Shown here piece after piece: positions 13,491 to 25,421 of a stretch of DNA of 64,000 nt. The DNA is from Octopus vulgaris. Taxonomy: Eukaryota. The position numbers were made by a program, and so were the translations under genes. Under the pieces are notes generated by a model. The model searched no databases. It worked only from the letters and a program-made list of their open reading frames with translations, and had not been told where the DNA came from. Positions within the stretch are counted from its first letter, which is position 1. Each line of letters starts with the position of its first letter. The stretch is from the NCBI GenBank assembly GCA_951406725.2, contig OX597817.1, forward strand, positions 70,370,001 to 70,434,000. The letters are read 5' to 3'.

Positions 13491-14005
13491 TGACCATTAC
13501 ATTTTTTTCTTCTACTCCTACACATCGTTCATTAATCCCATTCTAATCCTTCAGTTCCCAACTCACCTCAATTTTCCTCTCTACTTCACCCTCATCTACT
13601 TCTTCTCCATTTTTTTCATTTCTCTTTTCTTTTCCTTATATGACACAATTTCTCTCTCCTACTACTCCCTGCCCACATACAGGGCTCACATTCTCTTGCA
13701 TTCACTAATCAGTTACAGATATTCACTCAAATAAGGGACGCAGAAATTTGCTGTTCTTGCATTTTACCCGCCTGTTATCAGGGAGGAGGAGGAGAAGAAG
13801 AAGAACAACAACAGCAGCAGCAGCAACAGCAAAAACAAGTCTGCTCAAAAGATTGGATACTCCATTCCCCATAGCAATTCCACTGTATACTTCCTATCAC
13901 CATTTCCAAATAATATTTGTTGTATTGAAGCAAACCTCACTGCCTGCCTTTTGGGTTTCTGCCTTATCTGATGTGTGTGTGCATGTATGTATGTATGTGT
14001 ATATA

Positions 14006-14063
<58 letters not shown>

Positions 14064-14237
14064 AAAAGGTACAGTATCACAGATCCCTTATAGCTGATCT
14101 TTCACACTGGGTATTGGATAACAGCAAGGTTAAGTAATACCCTGTACTCTTTAGAGCTGGCAGGTATTGGAAAAAAATAAGGCAACTGCTCATATAGCCA
14201 TTTTATTGATAAACGTATGAGCTGACTATGTAAACAC

Positions 14238-14292
<55 letters not shown>

Positions 14293-14299
14293 GGAACAA

Positions 14300-14685
14300 A
14301 GATAGCTGTGTGGTAAGAAGTTTGCTTCCCAACCACATGGTTTAATCACACTGTGTAGCACCTTGAACAAGTGTCTTCTATTATAGCCTCAGGCTGACCA
14401 AAGCCTTCTCAGTGGATTTGGCTGATGGAGACTGAAAAGCCGGTTGCGTATATGTGCGTGTGTGTGAGCTTTTGTGTTTGTCCTCCACCACTACTTGACA
14501 ACCAGTATTGGTTTGTTTTTGTCCCCGATAACTTAGTGATTCAGCAAAAGAGACCAAGGGAAATAAGACCCAGGCTTGAAAAGCAAAAAAATACTAGGGT
14601 CAAATTGTTTGACTAAACCCTTTAAGGCAGAGTCCCAGTATGCACTCAGTCTAATGAGAGAAACAACACAGGATAAAAAGATATC
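14300..14685 (+). mobile_element. SINE family A, full length
   Basis: GTGTGGTAAGAAGTTTGCTTCCCAACCACATGG..GATAAAAAGATA. Confidence 0.85.
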
Positions 14686-14739
14686 AGATAAAACAGAATC
14701 CAAAAGAGATGAGCAGTGATCTGCATCAGCAACACTTAC

Positions 14740-14817
14740 ATTATTTGGAAAAAGCGACAGAATGGGTACAGTAGAAATACGATGGAGAATGGAGCATCCA
14801 TTGCTTTGATCAGAGAC
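14740..14817 (-). CDS. Candidate 78-nt internal exon (exon 2)
   Basis: Long polypyrimidine tract CTCACTTTCCTTTTTCCCCTCGTCTTATCTTAACCTCGCTGTAG acceptor, GTAAGT donor, non-repetitive sequence, two open frames. Confidence 0.45.
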
Positions 14818-14866
14818 CTACAGCGAGGTTAAGATAAGACGAGGGGAAAAAGGAAAGTGAGCAGAG

Positions 14867-14906
<40 letters not shown>

Positions 14907-14976
14907 TAAAGTTATAAATATAAAGTATATATACACACACACATTCAAGTGTGTGTGTGTGTGTGTGTAAGAAGAG

Positions 14977-15024
<48 letters not shown>

Positions 15025-15085
15025 CTAAACATTCCTTTTCTGCCTGTAAGCACTCTAAGTATATAAATACAATGTTTACACTTAC

Positions 15086-15093
15086 CGTAACAT
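15086..15093 (-). CDS. Candidate start of coding in exon 1 (ATGTTACG|GTAAGT)
   Basis: Consensus donor CG|GTAAGT; splicing to 14817 gives MLRSLIKAMDAPFSIVFLLYPFCRFFQI. Confidence 0.3.
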
Positions 15094-15213
15094 AGAGCGC
15101 TGGCTAATAAATCTATAGATATAGTCTATAGTATATTATAGCAATGAAACTAAGCATTATTAGCATACCAACAACTTAATGATATATATATATATATATG
15201 TGTGCATGTTTAC

Positions 15214-15257
<44 letters not shown>

Positions 15258-15363
15258 TCCCAATGTATATATGTCTATGAATGTACTCATAATAATGGAA
15301 ACATTCAACAACTATATACATACATACCTACATATATAGATATATATACACAAATACAAAAAT

Positions 15364-15415
<52 letters not shown>

Positions 15416-15506
15416 GCACACACACATGCAGAATAAGAGAGAGAGGTACGGAGGTACAGGCAGACATAGTAACAGACAGTCGTCTACTACTACTACTACT
15501 ACTACG

Positions 15507-15537
<31 letters not shown>

Positions 15538-15785
15538 TTTTTTTGGTTTTCTTTTTAGCTGTGCCTTCTCATGCTCATTATTACAATAATCATTATCGTT
15601 TGCTAAACTGCCAACCCTCCCATCTCCTTCATATCTACCTCCTCCTCCTCCTTCTCATCGTCATCATCATCATCATCATGGACATTTATTTACCTTGCTA
15701 TTGCAGCATTTAAGCTGACTGCAATAAAAAAAAAATAATACACCAACAACAACAATAGATTCTTTATTATTGCTATTGTTGTAGC

Positions 15786-15828
<43 letters not shown>

Positions 15829-15839
15829 GCATTTTATTA

Positions 15840-16286
15840 TACAACAGAAGACGATACTATGTACAAGCTCTCTTGCATCATAATAACTTTGAGCAACATC
15901 TGCTGGTAGTGGTAAAGCTTTAGATAAAGGCCTGGTGGTTGCATTGAAGAGTGAGGGACGGAGAGAGCGAGAGAGAGAGTGACGCAGACAGACAGACAGA
16001 CAGAGAAGGAGGGTAGACGGGACATGGGAGAGGGGGAGACAGTGGAGCGGTGGTGGTGGGGCAACAAAGAAGCAGCAGTGGCAGTTGTTGTTGTCAGTGG
16101 CGGTAACGGTTGCAGCACAGCGTCACCATCACTCGCTGTAAGCTTTTCATACATGCACCCCATCTTTTGTTAGCTTGGGTGGAAGAAGAGACTTGTGTCC
16201 GGTGCAGACTGAGTTAAGAGAGGCTTCTCGCCTATCACAAACCACCACCGCTCAATTTACACACCATCAAAATAGAAATTGTAAGT
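15840..16286. promoter_or_regulatory. Candidate promoter / first-exon region
   Basis: Non-repetitive, GA-rich and locally CpG-richer stretch ending in a plus-strand donor ATT|GTAAGT at 16281; lies head-to-head with the minus-strand donor at 15085. Confidence 0.25.
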
Positions 16287-16640
16287 TTATACATAGACCT
16301 ACATACATACATACATACATACGTACGTACATACGTGTGTACATAGGTATGTGTGTGTGTGTAACTGTTTTCATGTCGAGCTTTATAAATAGAAACAATT
16401 TAATGGTGAACGTAAGGATTACTCAATACTTTTAGTAGAGTCCATGCATGTAAGTGGACACATACACACACACGTGTGTGTGTGTGTGTGTACAAATATA
16501 TATAGATATAAGCATATATATATACATATATACATATACATACATATATCTACACACACACACATATAAGCATATATATATATATATATACAAGCATATA
16601 CATATATATATGTATATGCACATATATATATAGGTATATG

Positions 16641-16682
<42 letters not shown>

Positions 16683-16781
16683 CAGACAATGGAATCTGGT
16701 GCAGCTCTCCGGCTTGTGTAGCCTCTGTCAAACCAACCAACCCATGTCAGCATGGAAATTAGACATTGAGGATGATGATGA

Positions 16782-16833
<52 letters not shown>

Positions 16834-18334
16834 ATATATGTATATATCATATGAAGTAATAACAATAAGGATGACTGCTGCCATTTGCACAGAGGTGATG
16901 GATGGGAACTGGGGAGAGGGACTATATTACAAGGGCAATTTTAAAAAAGGCAGAGGTTGGGGCTACAAAGTTTTGTATCCAATGGGCTACTCCGTAATAA
17001 TGTAGGGGACAAAAGCTAAACAAATGAAGTCAATATGTACACACGTACACACTCGTATGTGCGCATGCATACACACACATACACGCACATGCATGTATAC
17101 AAAAGAGATGTCATTGTCCCTAATTTAATCCCTACTTTTCCATGCTTGCATGAGTTATACAAAATTTGCTGAATTAGGTTTTTTTGACACCAAGACACCA
17201 TTTCTGGTGCCAACCCCAGCATGTTCCCCAACTATGGTAGTATTTCCATATTCCTTCAAGCAAACAAGGCACATTGGCCAGACATGTGTTCACAGAAGAT
17301 TGCAAACAAACAAAACGACATGTATGACAGTGACATTTGTTTACAACTAGTGCACAATGTCAACTCAAGGCAACAAATGCATGCATGCACACATGTATAT
17401 GCACTTATACATATAAATGAAGGATATATATATATATATATATGCATAACATTTGTACACATATATACATGCATGCATTCTCACACACATACCACAAAGT
17501 GTTCATCATTTGAGTGCACAAGTACAGTAGTATGCACTTGTGCAAGCCACCACGCAATTGTGAAATGAAATCTCAACTTCATGTGTGTATATGCATACAC
17601 ATATATATGTATGCATATATAATATTTAGCATCAACTCTCCGATAAAAGAGTGCACAATACTATGGCAGAGATTAATCATCGTCATCATCATCCAGTGTT
17701 TTAAATCCGGGTCCTGTCCCTGTTAATGGGGGTGGCCAGATCTACCTCAATGCCATAGCAACTGAGGTAGGCAGGTGCAGCCCACCCCAACATTTGGGCT
17801 GGCTGAAGCTCATTCTCCTTTGCTATCATGAAGCTTTTTTTGGAGCTGGATTTTCTACGGGGTGCCTGCCCTTGCTTACCTGCAACCTCAGTTTTTAGAC
17901 ATGAGTGATCCCAAGACCAAGGTCTCTACTACGAATTTTAAGAAATGTGGTGGAAAACTAGCTCAAGAAGGCAGGGACAATACTCCCTGGAACCCCTTTA
18001 TTTCAGTCAAGTCAACTTCTTGCTACTCTAAGCCTCACCTACAAGCGCACCGGGTCTTAGAGCAAGTTATGGCTGGAAATTTGATGGGGCTTTTCACACT
18101 TATGTAGAGTTATAGCTTTCTAGTTATAAGGCATGATGGTTGAGACAGAGTATGATAATGGGGGAAGGGGAAAAGAAATGTAGTAGAAATATATATCTAT
18201 ATATATATATATGCAATCTCCCTGTTGAGGCCAAATCAAGAAACCCCACCATTGAAGACTATTCTGAAAACTAGGGACGAGTGTCCAACTGCTGCTGGCT
18301 GAGATAAAGATTTATGCTTAGAGTGATCCTATCC

Positions 18335-18910
18335 ACTGGAGGATGGGGTAAGAAGAGGAAGGAGGGGAGGAAGAGATAGGAGGGGGAAGTGAGGGGAGGA
18401 AGAGGGGGAGGGGGAAGTAGATGGGTGGGAAGAGAAAGAGGGGGTAGGAAGAGGAAGAAGGAGGGGAGGAAGAAGAGGGAGGAAAGGAGGCAGAAGAGGG
18501 AGAGAAGGATGAAGAGGGAGGGGAGGGTGAAGAGGGAAGGGAGGGTGAAGAGGGAAGGGAGGGTGAAGAGGGAAGGGAGGATGAAGAGGGAGGAGAGGAA
18601 GAAGAGGGAGAGAAGGATGAAGAGGGAGGGAAGGGGGAAGAGGGAGGGAAGGGGGAAGAGGGAGGGAAGGGGGAAGAGGGAGGGAAGGGGGAAGAGGGAG
18701 GGAAGGGGGAAGAGGGAGGGAAGGGGGAAGAGGGAGGGAAGGGGGAAGAGGGAGGGAAGGGGGAAGAGGGAGGGAAGGGGGAAGAGGGAGGGAAGGGGGA
18801 AGAGGAAAAAGGGGAAGAGGAAGGAAGGAGGTGGAAAGGGGAGTGGGAAGAAGAGAAGGGAGAAGGTGGAAGAGGGAGTGGAGGAGAGAAGGGTGAAGAG
18901 GAAGAGGAGG
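18335..18910. repeat. Polypurine minisatellite, 18-bp unit AAGAGGGAGGGAAGGGGG
   Basis: About 10 near-perfect units at 18620-18800 with degenerate flanks; almost no pyrimidines on the plus strand. Confidence 0.95.
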
Positions 18911-18924
18911 CTACTCAACTTCAA

Positions 18925-19100
18925 ACTAAAATGTCCAAGTTAGCTCAGGGAGAATATAAGAAATGGAGGCATGACCAATTTGTGAAAGTGTTGCACAGGA
19001 AGTTCTGTCAGAAATGGGGGTTTGAAGCAGGAAGTAGTTGGAATAACCATCAGGTTGAAAGAATACTTAATTTGGAAAATGCAAGATTTTATAGGATTTT
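18925..19100 (+). mobile_element. R4/Dong-clade LINE fragment (zinc-knuckle end to RHD motif of the RLE region)
   Basis: KLAQGEYKKWRHDQFVKVLHRKFCQKWGFEAGSSWNNHQVERILNLENAR fits the R4 pattern LAQ.EYK.RHD.V...HW.LC.K.G....W..H..E..LE.E. Confidence 0.75.
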
Positions 19101-19149
19101 CTTTTTTCTTCCTGCAAACATACTATGTATATAGATAGAATGTTTACAA

Positions 19150-19845
19150 CATTGTGCCAGGTGATGAGAGGTCAAACTATGACAGATGGACAAAATCTGG
19201 TGTCTTGCTGAAGAGAATATACACATATGATGAATTTGAACTGCATCTGGTAGAGGGGCTCTGGTCAGGAATTCCAGTGTTTTGAGGAGTGTGTAACTAC
19301 CTCATAGCCACTATTGTTCCCACATCCATTCGGACCTGGAATAGTAGCACCTGTCAGGGTACCAGCTATGGGTTAACAAGAATACATGGTGACATTCCAT
19401 TTGAGTATAAGAATGCAAAAATACCCTTGACTGGTGTCAGGGTGAGCAGAAAAATCACTGTGAGTGAGGAACACTTTGATGTAAAACCTACAGCATCACA
19501 TGATTACTGGTCATCTTGCATTGGTCTGTTACTAGGTACTAATCACAGACACTCGGAGAATGGTAATCAAATTGTACGAGTGTTTATCACAATAGCTCTA
19601 TGACATACAGATGACTCTTTATGGTGACCTCATCTGTCGTCCCATCTACTGAAAGTCCTATGCTGACAGAAGAGTGGTAACATGTGTAGGTCTAGCCAGT
19701 CGGAATCACACAGTAAATTACAAATTTTGTCAGTCACTAATGCTTCAAATCTTGCAGATCTGCAGCGGGACTGAATAGTCATCTGAGAGGTCATGGCTAG
19801 AAAGTCAAAAATGTTATTGGCAACGAGGAAGCACAAGGAAAGAAT
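19150..19845 (+). mobile_element. Decayed RTE-X-like LINE 3' end
   Basis: Ends in CFKSCRSAAGLNSHLRGHG* (19741-19800), the terminal C2H2 typical of RTE-X ORFs; upstream frames are broken. Confidence 0.55.
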
Positions 19846-19872
19846 AATCATCCATGAAGATGGAGCAATACG

Positions 19873-20457
19873 TTAAAGACCAAGACCTCCTTTGATCATG
19901 AGTGACCATGAGATTGCACCTAGAAAGTTCCCCTCCTCGACACAAGTCTAGGCAAGATTGTTTATGTAAGACCAGCAGTCGCACATGTATACCAGCTTCC
20001 CTTCTCCACACCAGAAATGTTATCCAAGAAGGTGATGGGCTGGCAGAAACATTGGCATACCGGGCGAAATGCTTAACGGTATTTTGTCTGCTGCTACGTT
20101 CTGAGTTCAAATTCTGCTGAGGTCAACTTTACCTTTCATCCTTTCGGGGTCGATAAATTAAGTACTAGTTATGCACTGGGATCGATGTAATCAACTTAAT
20201 CCCTTTGTCTGTCCTAGTTTGTCCCCTCTATGTTTAGCGCCTCGTGGGCAAAAAAGAAATACGAAATGTTATCCAAAGGAAAGGCAAAGGCCAATACAGC
20301 ATAGCACCAGTGACGTCACAACTCATTTCTATAGCTGAGTGGACTGGAGCAATGTGAAATAAAATGTCTTGCTCAAGAACACAATGCACAGCCAGACCCA
20401 ATACACTACCTCATGATTGTGAGCCTGAAGCTCTAACCACTGAGCTACGTGCCTTTA
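19873..20457 (-). mobile_element. SINE family E interrupted by a family B SINE
   Basis: Colinear with 6415-6761 once 20028-20276 is removed. Confidence 0.85.
20028..20262 (+). mobile_element. SINE family B with 14-bp TSD
   Basis: TSD GAAATGTTATCCAA at 20014-20027 and 20263-20276. Confidence 0.9.
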
Positions 20458-20674
20458 CTCTGTATGTATGTGTGTGTGTGTGTGTGTATATACATAAACA
20501 TGTACGTGTGCACACACACACACATAAATATTTTGACAGGCACCTAGATAGATATACAGAGAGATGTATATGTATATATACACATAAATGCAAGTGGATA
20601 TGGCTATTAAGAAGTTTGCTTCACAATCATGTTATCAGGTTCAGTCACAAAGCAATGCAACAAATTGTTAGTAC

Positions 20675-21165
20675 AGTTCTATATTTACAGTTCTATTATT
20701 TACATTAGACAGATATTTGTCCTCATCTTGTTTTTTGTTAACACATTTCAGCTGATATAGCCTCCAGCCTTCTTCAGGTGTCTTGGGGAAATTTCGAACC
20801 TGGGTTCTCATTCCTAAGGTATTTTTTGATGTTATAATTATTATTATTGTTAAGGTCATTGCTTGAAATCGAACTCGGAATCTTGGGGTTAGTAGCCCGT
20901 GCTCTTAACCACTATGCCACGGGCATATGGCATAGTGGTTAAGAGCGTGGGCTATTAACCCCAAGATTCTGAGTTTGATTCCAAGCAGTGACCTGAACAA
21001 TAACAATAATAATAATAACAACAACATCAAAAATACCATAGGAACGAGAACCCAAGTTCAAAATTTCCCCAAGACACCTGAAGAAGGCTGGAGGCTATAT
21101 CAGCCAAAACGTTGTGTTAACAACAAACAAGATGAGGACAAATATCCATCAAATGTAAATTATGT
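20675..21165. mobile_element. Fold-back element: head-to-head tRNA-like head + (AAT)n + hammerhead-like module, 13-bp TSD
   Basis: Arms ~20695-20919 and 20928-21160 are reverse complements; TSD AAATTGTTAGTAC at 20662-20674 and 21166-21178; A box TGGCATAGTGG and B box GTTYGATTYC. Confidence 0.85.
21073..21118 (+). ncRNA. Degenerate minimal type-I hammerhead ribozyme (C3:G8 core)
   Basis: GACAC-CTGAAGA-A-GGCTG[10]CAGCC-(G>A)AAAC-GTT-GTGTT; stem I GACAC/GTGTT, palindromic ACGT stem III; the mirror copy at 20740-20782 keeps GAAA. Confidence 0.65.
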
Positions 21166-21919
21166 AAATTGTTAGTACTTTCTACAATAGCTCCATATCA
21201 ACCAGACTTGTTAGTGGATTTGATAAACAGTAAATAAAAGAAGCCCAGCATAGATGTGTGTTTCTGTGTGTGTGGGTGTATGTGTGTGCATGCGCACGTG
21301 TTTATATATGCTTGTTTCTATTTGTGTTGTTCCAGAACTTTCAGCAACAGATAGAGGTGTTGCTAGCATTACTTCTGCAGAAAAATTGTCCACTGGTTTT
21401 GTGTTTTTTGAAAATGTGTAGATTAAAAAATCCCTTACTTGAAAAACAGGTAAATGTGAGTGAAAGGAAGGGTACCCAGCTGTAAAACAATGCCTGAAGG
21501 ATATATATTCATCTAATCCATGCTAACATGGAGAAATGTAAAGAGCAGTGATCACCTGTATCATAAGCAAAACAAGAATGATACCTCCCCATTCACTCTT
21601 TCAAAGAAGATGGGAACTGAAGGACACTACAGTATGATGGTAGCACTCAGTTACAACCGTCATCTGATATCAAGATAAAGGAGACACCAACCCAACCCCC
21701 ACACGAGTACATACTGGTGCTCCAGCATGGCTACAGCCACATGGCTGAAACATCAAAGAATAAAAATACAATAGGCTTGCTTCAGTTTCTGGCGCCCCAA
21801 TTTCACTTCAAAGGAGTTGGCATGCACTTGGACTTTCCCTGGTGCCATGTGGTTTGAAACCAAGCTTCTCAACCATGCTAGCTTGCACTTGATATACGTA
21901 TATATTTTTTTTTATATCG

Positions 21920-22117
21920 CCCTTTTCAAGTGAGCAGGCCAACAGAAGAAAGAGTGGTGAAAGAGTACAGCAGGGATCACCACCCCCTGCAGGAGCCTCG
22001 TGGAGCTTTTAGGTGTTTTCGCTCAATAAACACTCACAACGCCCGGTCTGGGAATTGAAACCGCGATCCTGCGACCGCGAGTCCGCTGCCCTAACCACTA
22101 GGCCATTGCACCTCCAC
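21920..22117 (-). mobile_element. tRNA-derived SINE family D (octopus OR-like)
   Basis: Head GTGGAGGTGCAATGGCCTAGTGGTTAGGGCAGCGGACTCGCGGTCG..GGTTTCAATTCCC; copies at 23760-24067 and 60300-60602. Confidence 0.85.
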
Positions 22118-22157
22118 ATATATATATATATATTATATATATAAATATATATATATA

Positions 22158-22403
22158 TTGTGTCGGTGGCACATAAAAACACCATCCGAGCGTGGCCGTC
22201 TGCCAGCCTCGTCTGGCACCTGTGTCGGTGGCACATAAAATCACCCACTACACTCTCGGAGTGGTTGGCGTTAGGAAGGGCATCCAGCTGTAGAAACACT
22301 GCCAGATCTGACTGGCCTGGTGCAGCCTTCGAGCTTGCCAGACCCCAGTTGAACCGTCCAACCCATGCTAGCATGGAAAGCAGACGTTAAACGATGATGA
22401 TGA

Positions 22404-22408
<5 letters not shown>
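22158..22408 (+). mobile_element. RTE 3' UTR fragment (family C), young CpG-rich copy
   Basis: GGTTGGCGTTAGGAAGGGCATCCAGCTGTAGAAAC..CGTTAAACGATGATGATG. Confidence 0.85.
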
Positions 22409-22442
<34 letters not shown>

Positions 22443-22641
22443 AAAGTGAAAATATGTGTTAATGTGTAAACAAAAAATATAGGGAGATAATGTCACACAG
22501 TATGATGTGCGCATGGAACCACTCATTCAGCAATGGTAAACAATATTCCTATTTACACATACACATGCATTTAGAAAACAGCACAATCACACAGAAATAA
22601 ATACACATAAACTTGTGTGCGAATATACTGATGTACACATG

Positions 22642-22675
<34 letters not shown>

Positions 22676-23088
22676 GAACACTAACACATTATATGCAAAG
22701 GATACTGGGGTGTCAGTTTCCAGGGGTAAACATGTGACATAGGAAGCGTAATTTGAAAAATAAACAGAAAAAAACAGAAGTTGAGAAAGTTTCAAAGAGA
22801 TGAAAGGAGCAAGAACCTACAATAGACATTTTTCCTTTAAAAACAATGTATATAGCAAGGAATGTGTGTGCGTGCATGTGTGTATGTCTGTGTGAGTGAG
22901 ATGTATGTGAGAGAGAGAGAGAGAGAAAGAGCAAGAGTGTGTGTATGTATATGCTTGCATGTGTTTGGGTGGGTGATGGGTGTGCATATGTAAGGCGTCA
23001 GCAATGCAAGTTGTCTTTCCTGCCACACATTACAAGTGCATCAGGCAAGAGAGTATGCACGTTTGTGTATCTACAAATGTGTGTTTGA

Positions 23089-23130
<42 letters not shown>

Positions 23131-23149
23131 GTGCGTGTGTGTGTGTTTG

Positions 23150-23345
23150 TGTTTGTTCCTCACTATCACTTAACAACCGATGGTGACATGTCTACGTCCC
23201 CCATAACTTAGCAGTTCGGCAAAAGAGATCGATAGAATAAGTACTAGGCTTACAAAGAATAAGTCTTGGGGTCAATTTGTTCAACTAAAGGTGGTGCTCC
23301 AACTTGGCCACAGTCAAATGACTGAAACAAATAAAAGAGTAAAAG
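23150..23345 (+). mobile_element. SINE family A, 3' half
   Basis: AACTTAGCAGTTCGGCAAAAGAGA..ATGACTGAAACAA. Confidence 0.8.
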
Positions 23346-23645
23346 TATATATATATATATATATATATGCATGTATGTATGTATGTATATATGTATGTAT
23401 ATGGAGATACATATATATATGTATATATATGTGTGTGTGTCTGTGTAAAATTATAGCGGGCCACTGATAAATCATTAAATAATGACTTTATCCTAATTAG
23501 ATATATACATTAGAGATTTATACAAATTATATATATATATAAACACACACATACACGTGTATAGATAGTTCAAGGATAGAATAAAAAGAACAAAATAAAT
23601 GGGAAAATTTTAACAAAAAGATAAATGGAAAAATTTATATATACG

Positions 23646-23705
<60 letters not shown>

Positions 23706-23759
23706 GTGTAAAATGATATATCAAAAGTACCCACAGTATACTAGCTTGGTATATCCGTA

Positions 23760-24067
23760 CATCACGTGATCACGTGACCGACCAGTCCATCAGATGTAGT
23801 TACACATCGCTGGTCACAATGCGTTCGCATTGTTTTAGTCTTCGAATGATGCCACCCCGCTGGCTAAGCGAGCAGGCCAACAGAAGAAAGAGTGGGAGAA
23901 AGAGTGGTGAAAGAGTACAGCAGGGATCACTACCCCCTGCTGGAGCCTCGCGGAGCTTTTAGGTGTTTTTGCTCAATAAACACTCGCAACGCCCGGTCTA
24001 GGAATCGAAACCGCGATCCTACGACTGCGAGTCCGCTGCCGTAACCACTGGGCCATTGCACCTCCAC
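23760..24067 (-). mobile_element. SINE family D, full length
   Basis: tRNA-like head at 24067; CACGTGATCACGTGA tail at 23760-23780. Confidence 0.85.
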
Positions 24068-24080
24068 ATATCCGTACATA

Positions 24081-24136
<56 letters not shown>

Positions 24137-24998
24137 TATAATACATATATATAATATATATATATATAATATATATATATATATAAATGTAATACCTAGG
24201 GTTTCAGGTGTAGGAAGAAAGTTAGCTTTGAGCAATCCATAGTAAATATCAATAAACAACTTTCAGAAACAATAGTGGTTTATCAAAATGGAAGGTTGTG
24301 GATTATTTTCCTTTATCAAAGAACGATGAGCAGAAAAAAGTTCTTTTTATATTCCACGGTAGGCGACCAGGGATGCCGTGAGTGAAAAAGAATACAAGAG
24401 TTACGGAATGGAGCAGGAAAAATGCACATTACATATGTTTCATGGGAGTATGGAACCTCAGAGTTGTAAAATCCAAGAAAGGTCTATACGGCCAGATGCT
24501 GTTCAGGTAAAGGATATCTTGATTAGACTAAAGGTAATATTGTTGCAAGGAGGTACTTGCTGACGCGAAGAAGATTCAATCAGAATGTGTCACTATGAAA
24601 CATATTTAGTCGTCACACAAACACAGAGAGTAATTATTTACCCTTTCAGTATACACCTAGTAGTATGACAATTAAAGCATTTTTACCATTTAGGTTACCT
24701 GATATCATCTGCAGTTTTGATATGACTGTCACTAAATCCACCTCAGGAATTCCACAGTGTTCATAGAGTTTTATAATGAATAAGGGAAACAGAAAACGGA
24801 ATTCATCAGAACTATGATGAATAGAGATTATCAGGAATTCCATTTTCCGTTTCTCTCATTCAATATATATTTATACAAGTATACATATGTGCATGTATAT
24901 AAATATATATATATATTTATCCATACACATATATATGTGTGTATGTGTATGCATAAACATAGATGTATATAAAAATATATATATATAGAGATATATGC

Positions 24999-25041
<43 letters not shown>

Positions 25042-25042
<1 letters not shown>

Positions 25043-25376
25043 TTGTGTCTGGGAAGACTCATTTTCTTTTTGTGCCATATTATTTAACACACTCACCGGT
25101 AAAATTTCCACTTTTTTCTTAGTTTTATTGTCTGAAAATTTTCGTTGCGTCTTGCAACCCTTTCAATAATTTTAAGAGTCAAAACTATCGCACATTTTGC
25201 AAGACGCAACGAAAATTTTAGGACAATAAAAATAAGAAAAAGTGGAAATTTTACCGGTGAGTGTGTTAAATAATATGGCACAAAAAGAAAATGACTCTCC
25301 CCAGACACAACAGAATATGCTTCAACACACGAACTCATATAAAGAATCTTGCAAACCAAATCCAAAAACGAAATAT
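25042..25376. mobile_element. Fold-back PLE-like terminal element with one-sided extension
   Basis: Arms 25042-25157 and 25197-25311 are reverse complements; 65-bp extension shared with 58869-58931; contains GTTGC-AAGAC-GCAAC-GAAA. Confidence 0.75.
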
Positions 25377-25387
25377 ACATATACATT

Positions 25388-25421
<34 letters not shown>

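Larger units (their letters stand above)
20595..21545 (+). mobile_element. Old SINE family A copy split by the palindromic tRNA-hammerhead element
   Basis: Head at 20595-20674 resumes at 21179 (TTTCTACAATAGC..GTGGATTTG..AAGAAGCCC). Confidence 0.7.

Noticed and set aside
18271-18943. 217-aa (LPSLFP)n and 184-aa (KREGRG)n ORFs
   Set aside because: Arise from an 18-bp purine minisatellite open on both strands; no splice or homology support
20921-20993. Functional tRNA gene (also the heads at 22117, 24067 and 60602)
   Set aside because: A/B boxes present but acceptor stems do not close and the heads continue into SINE bodies
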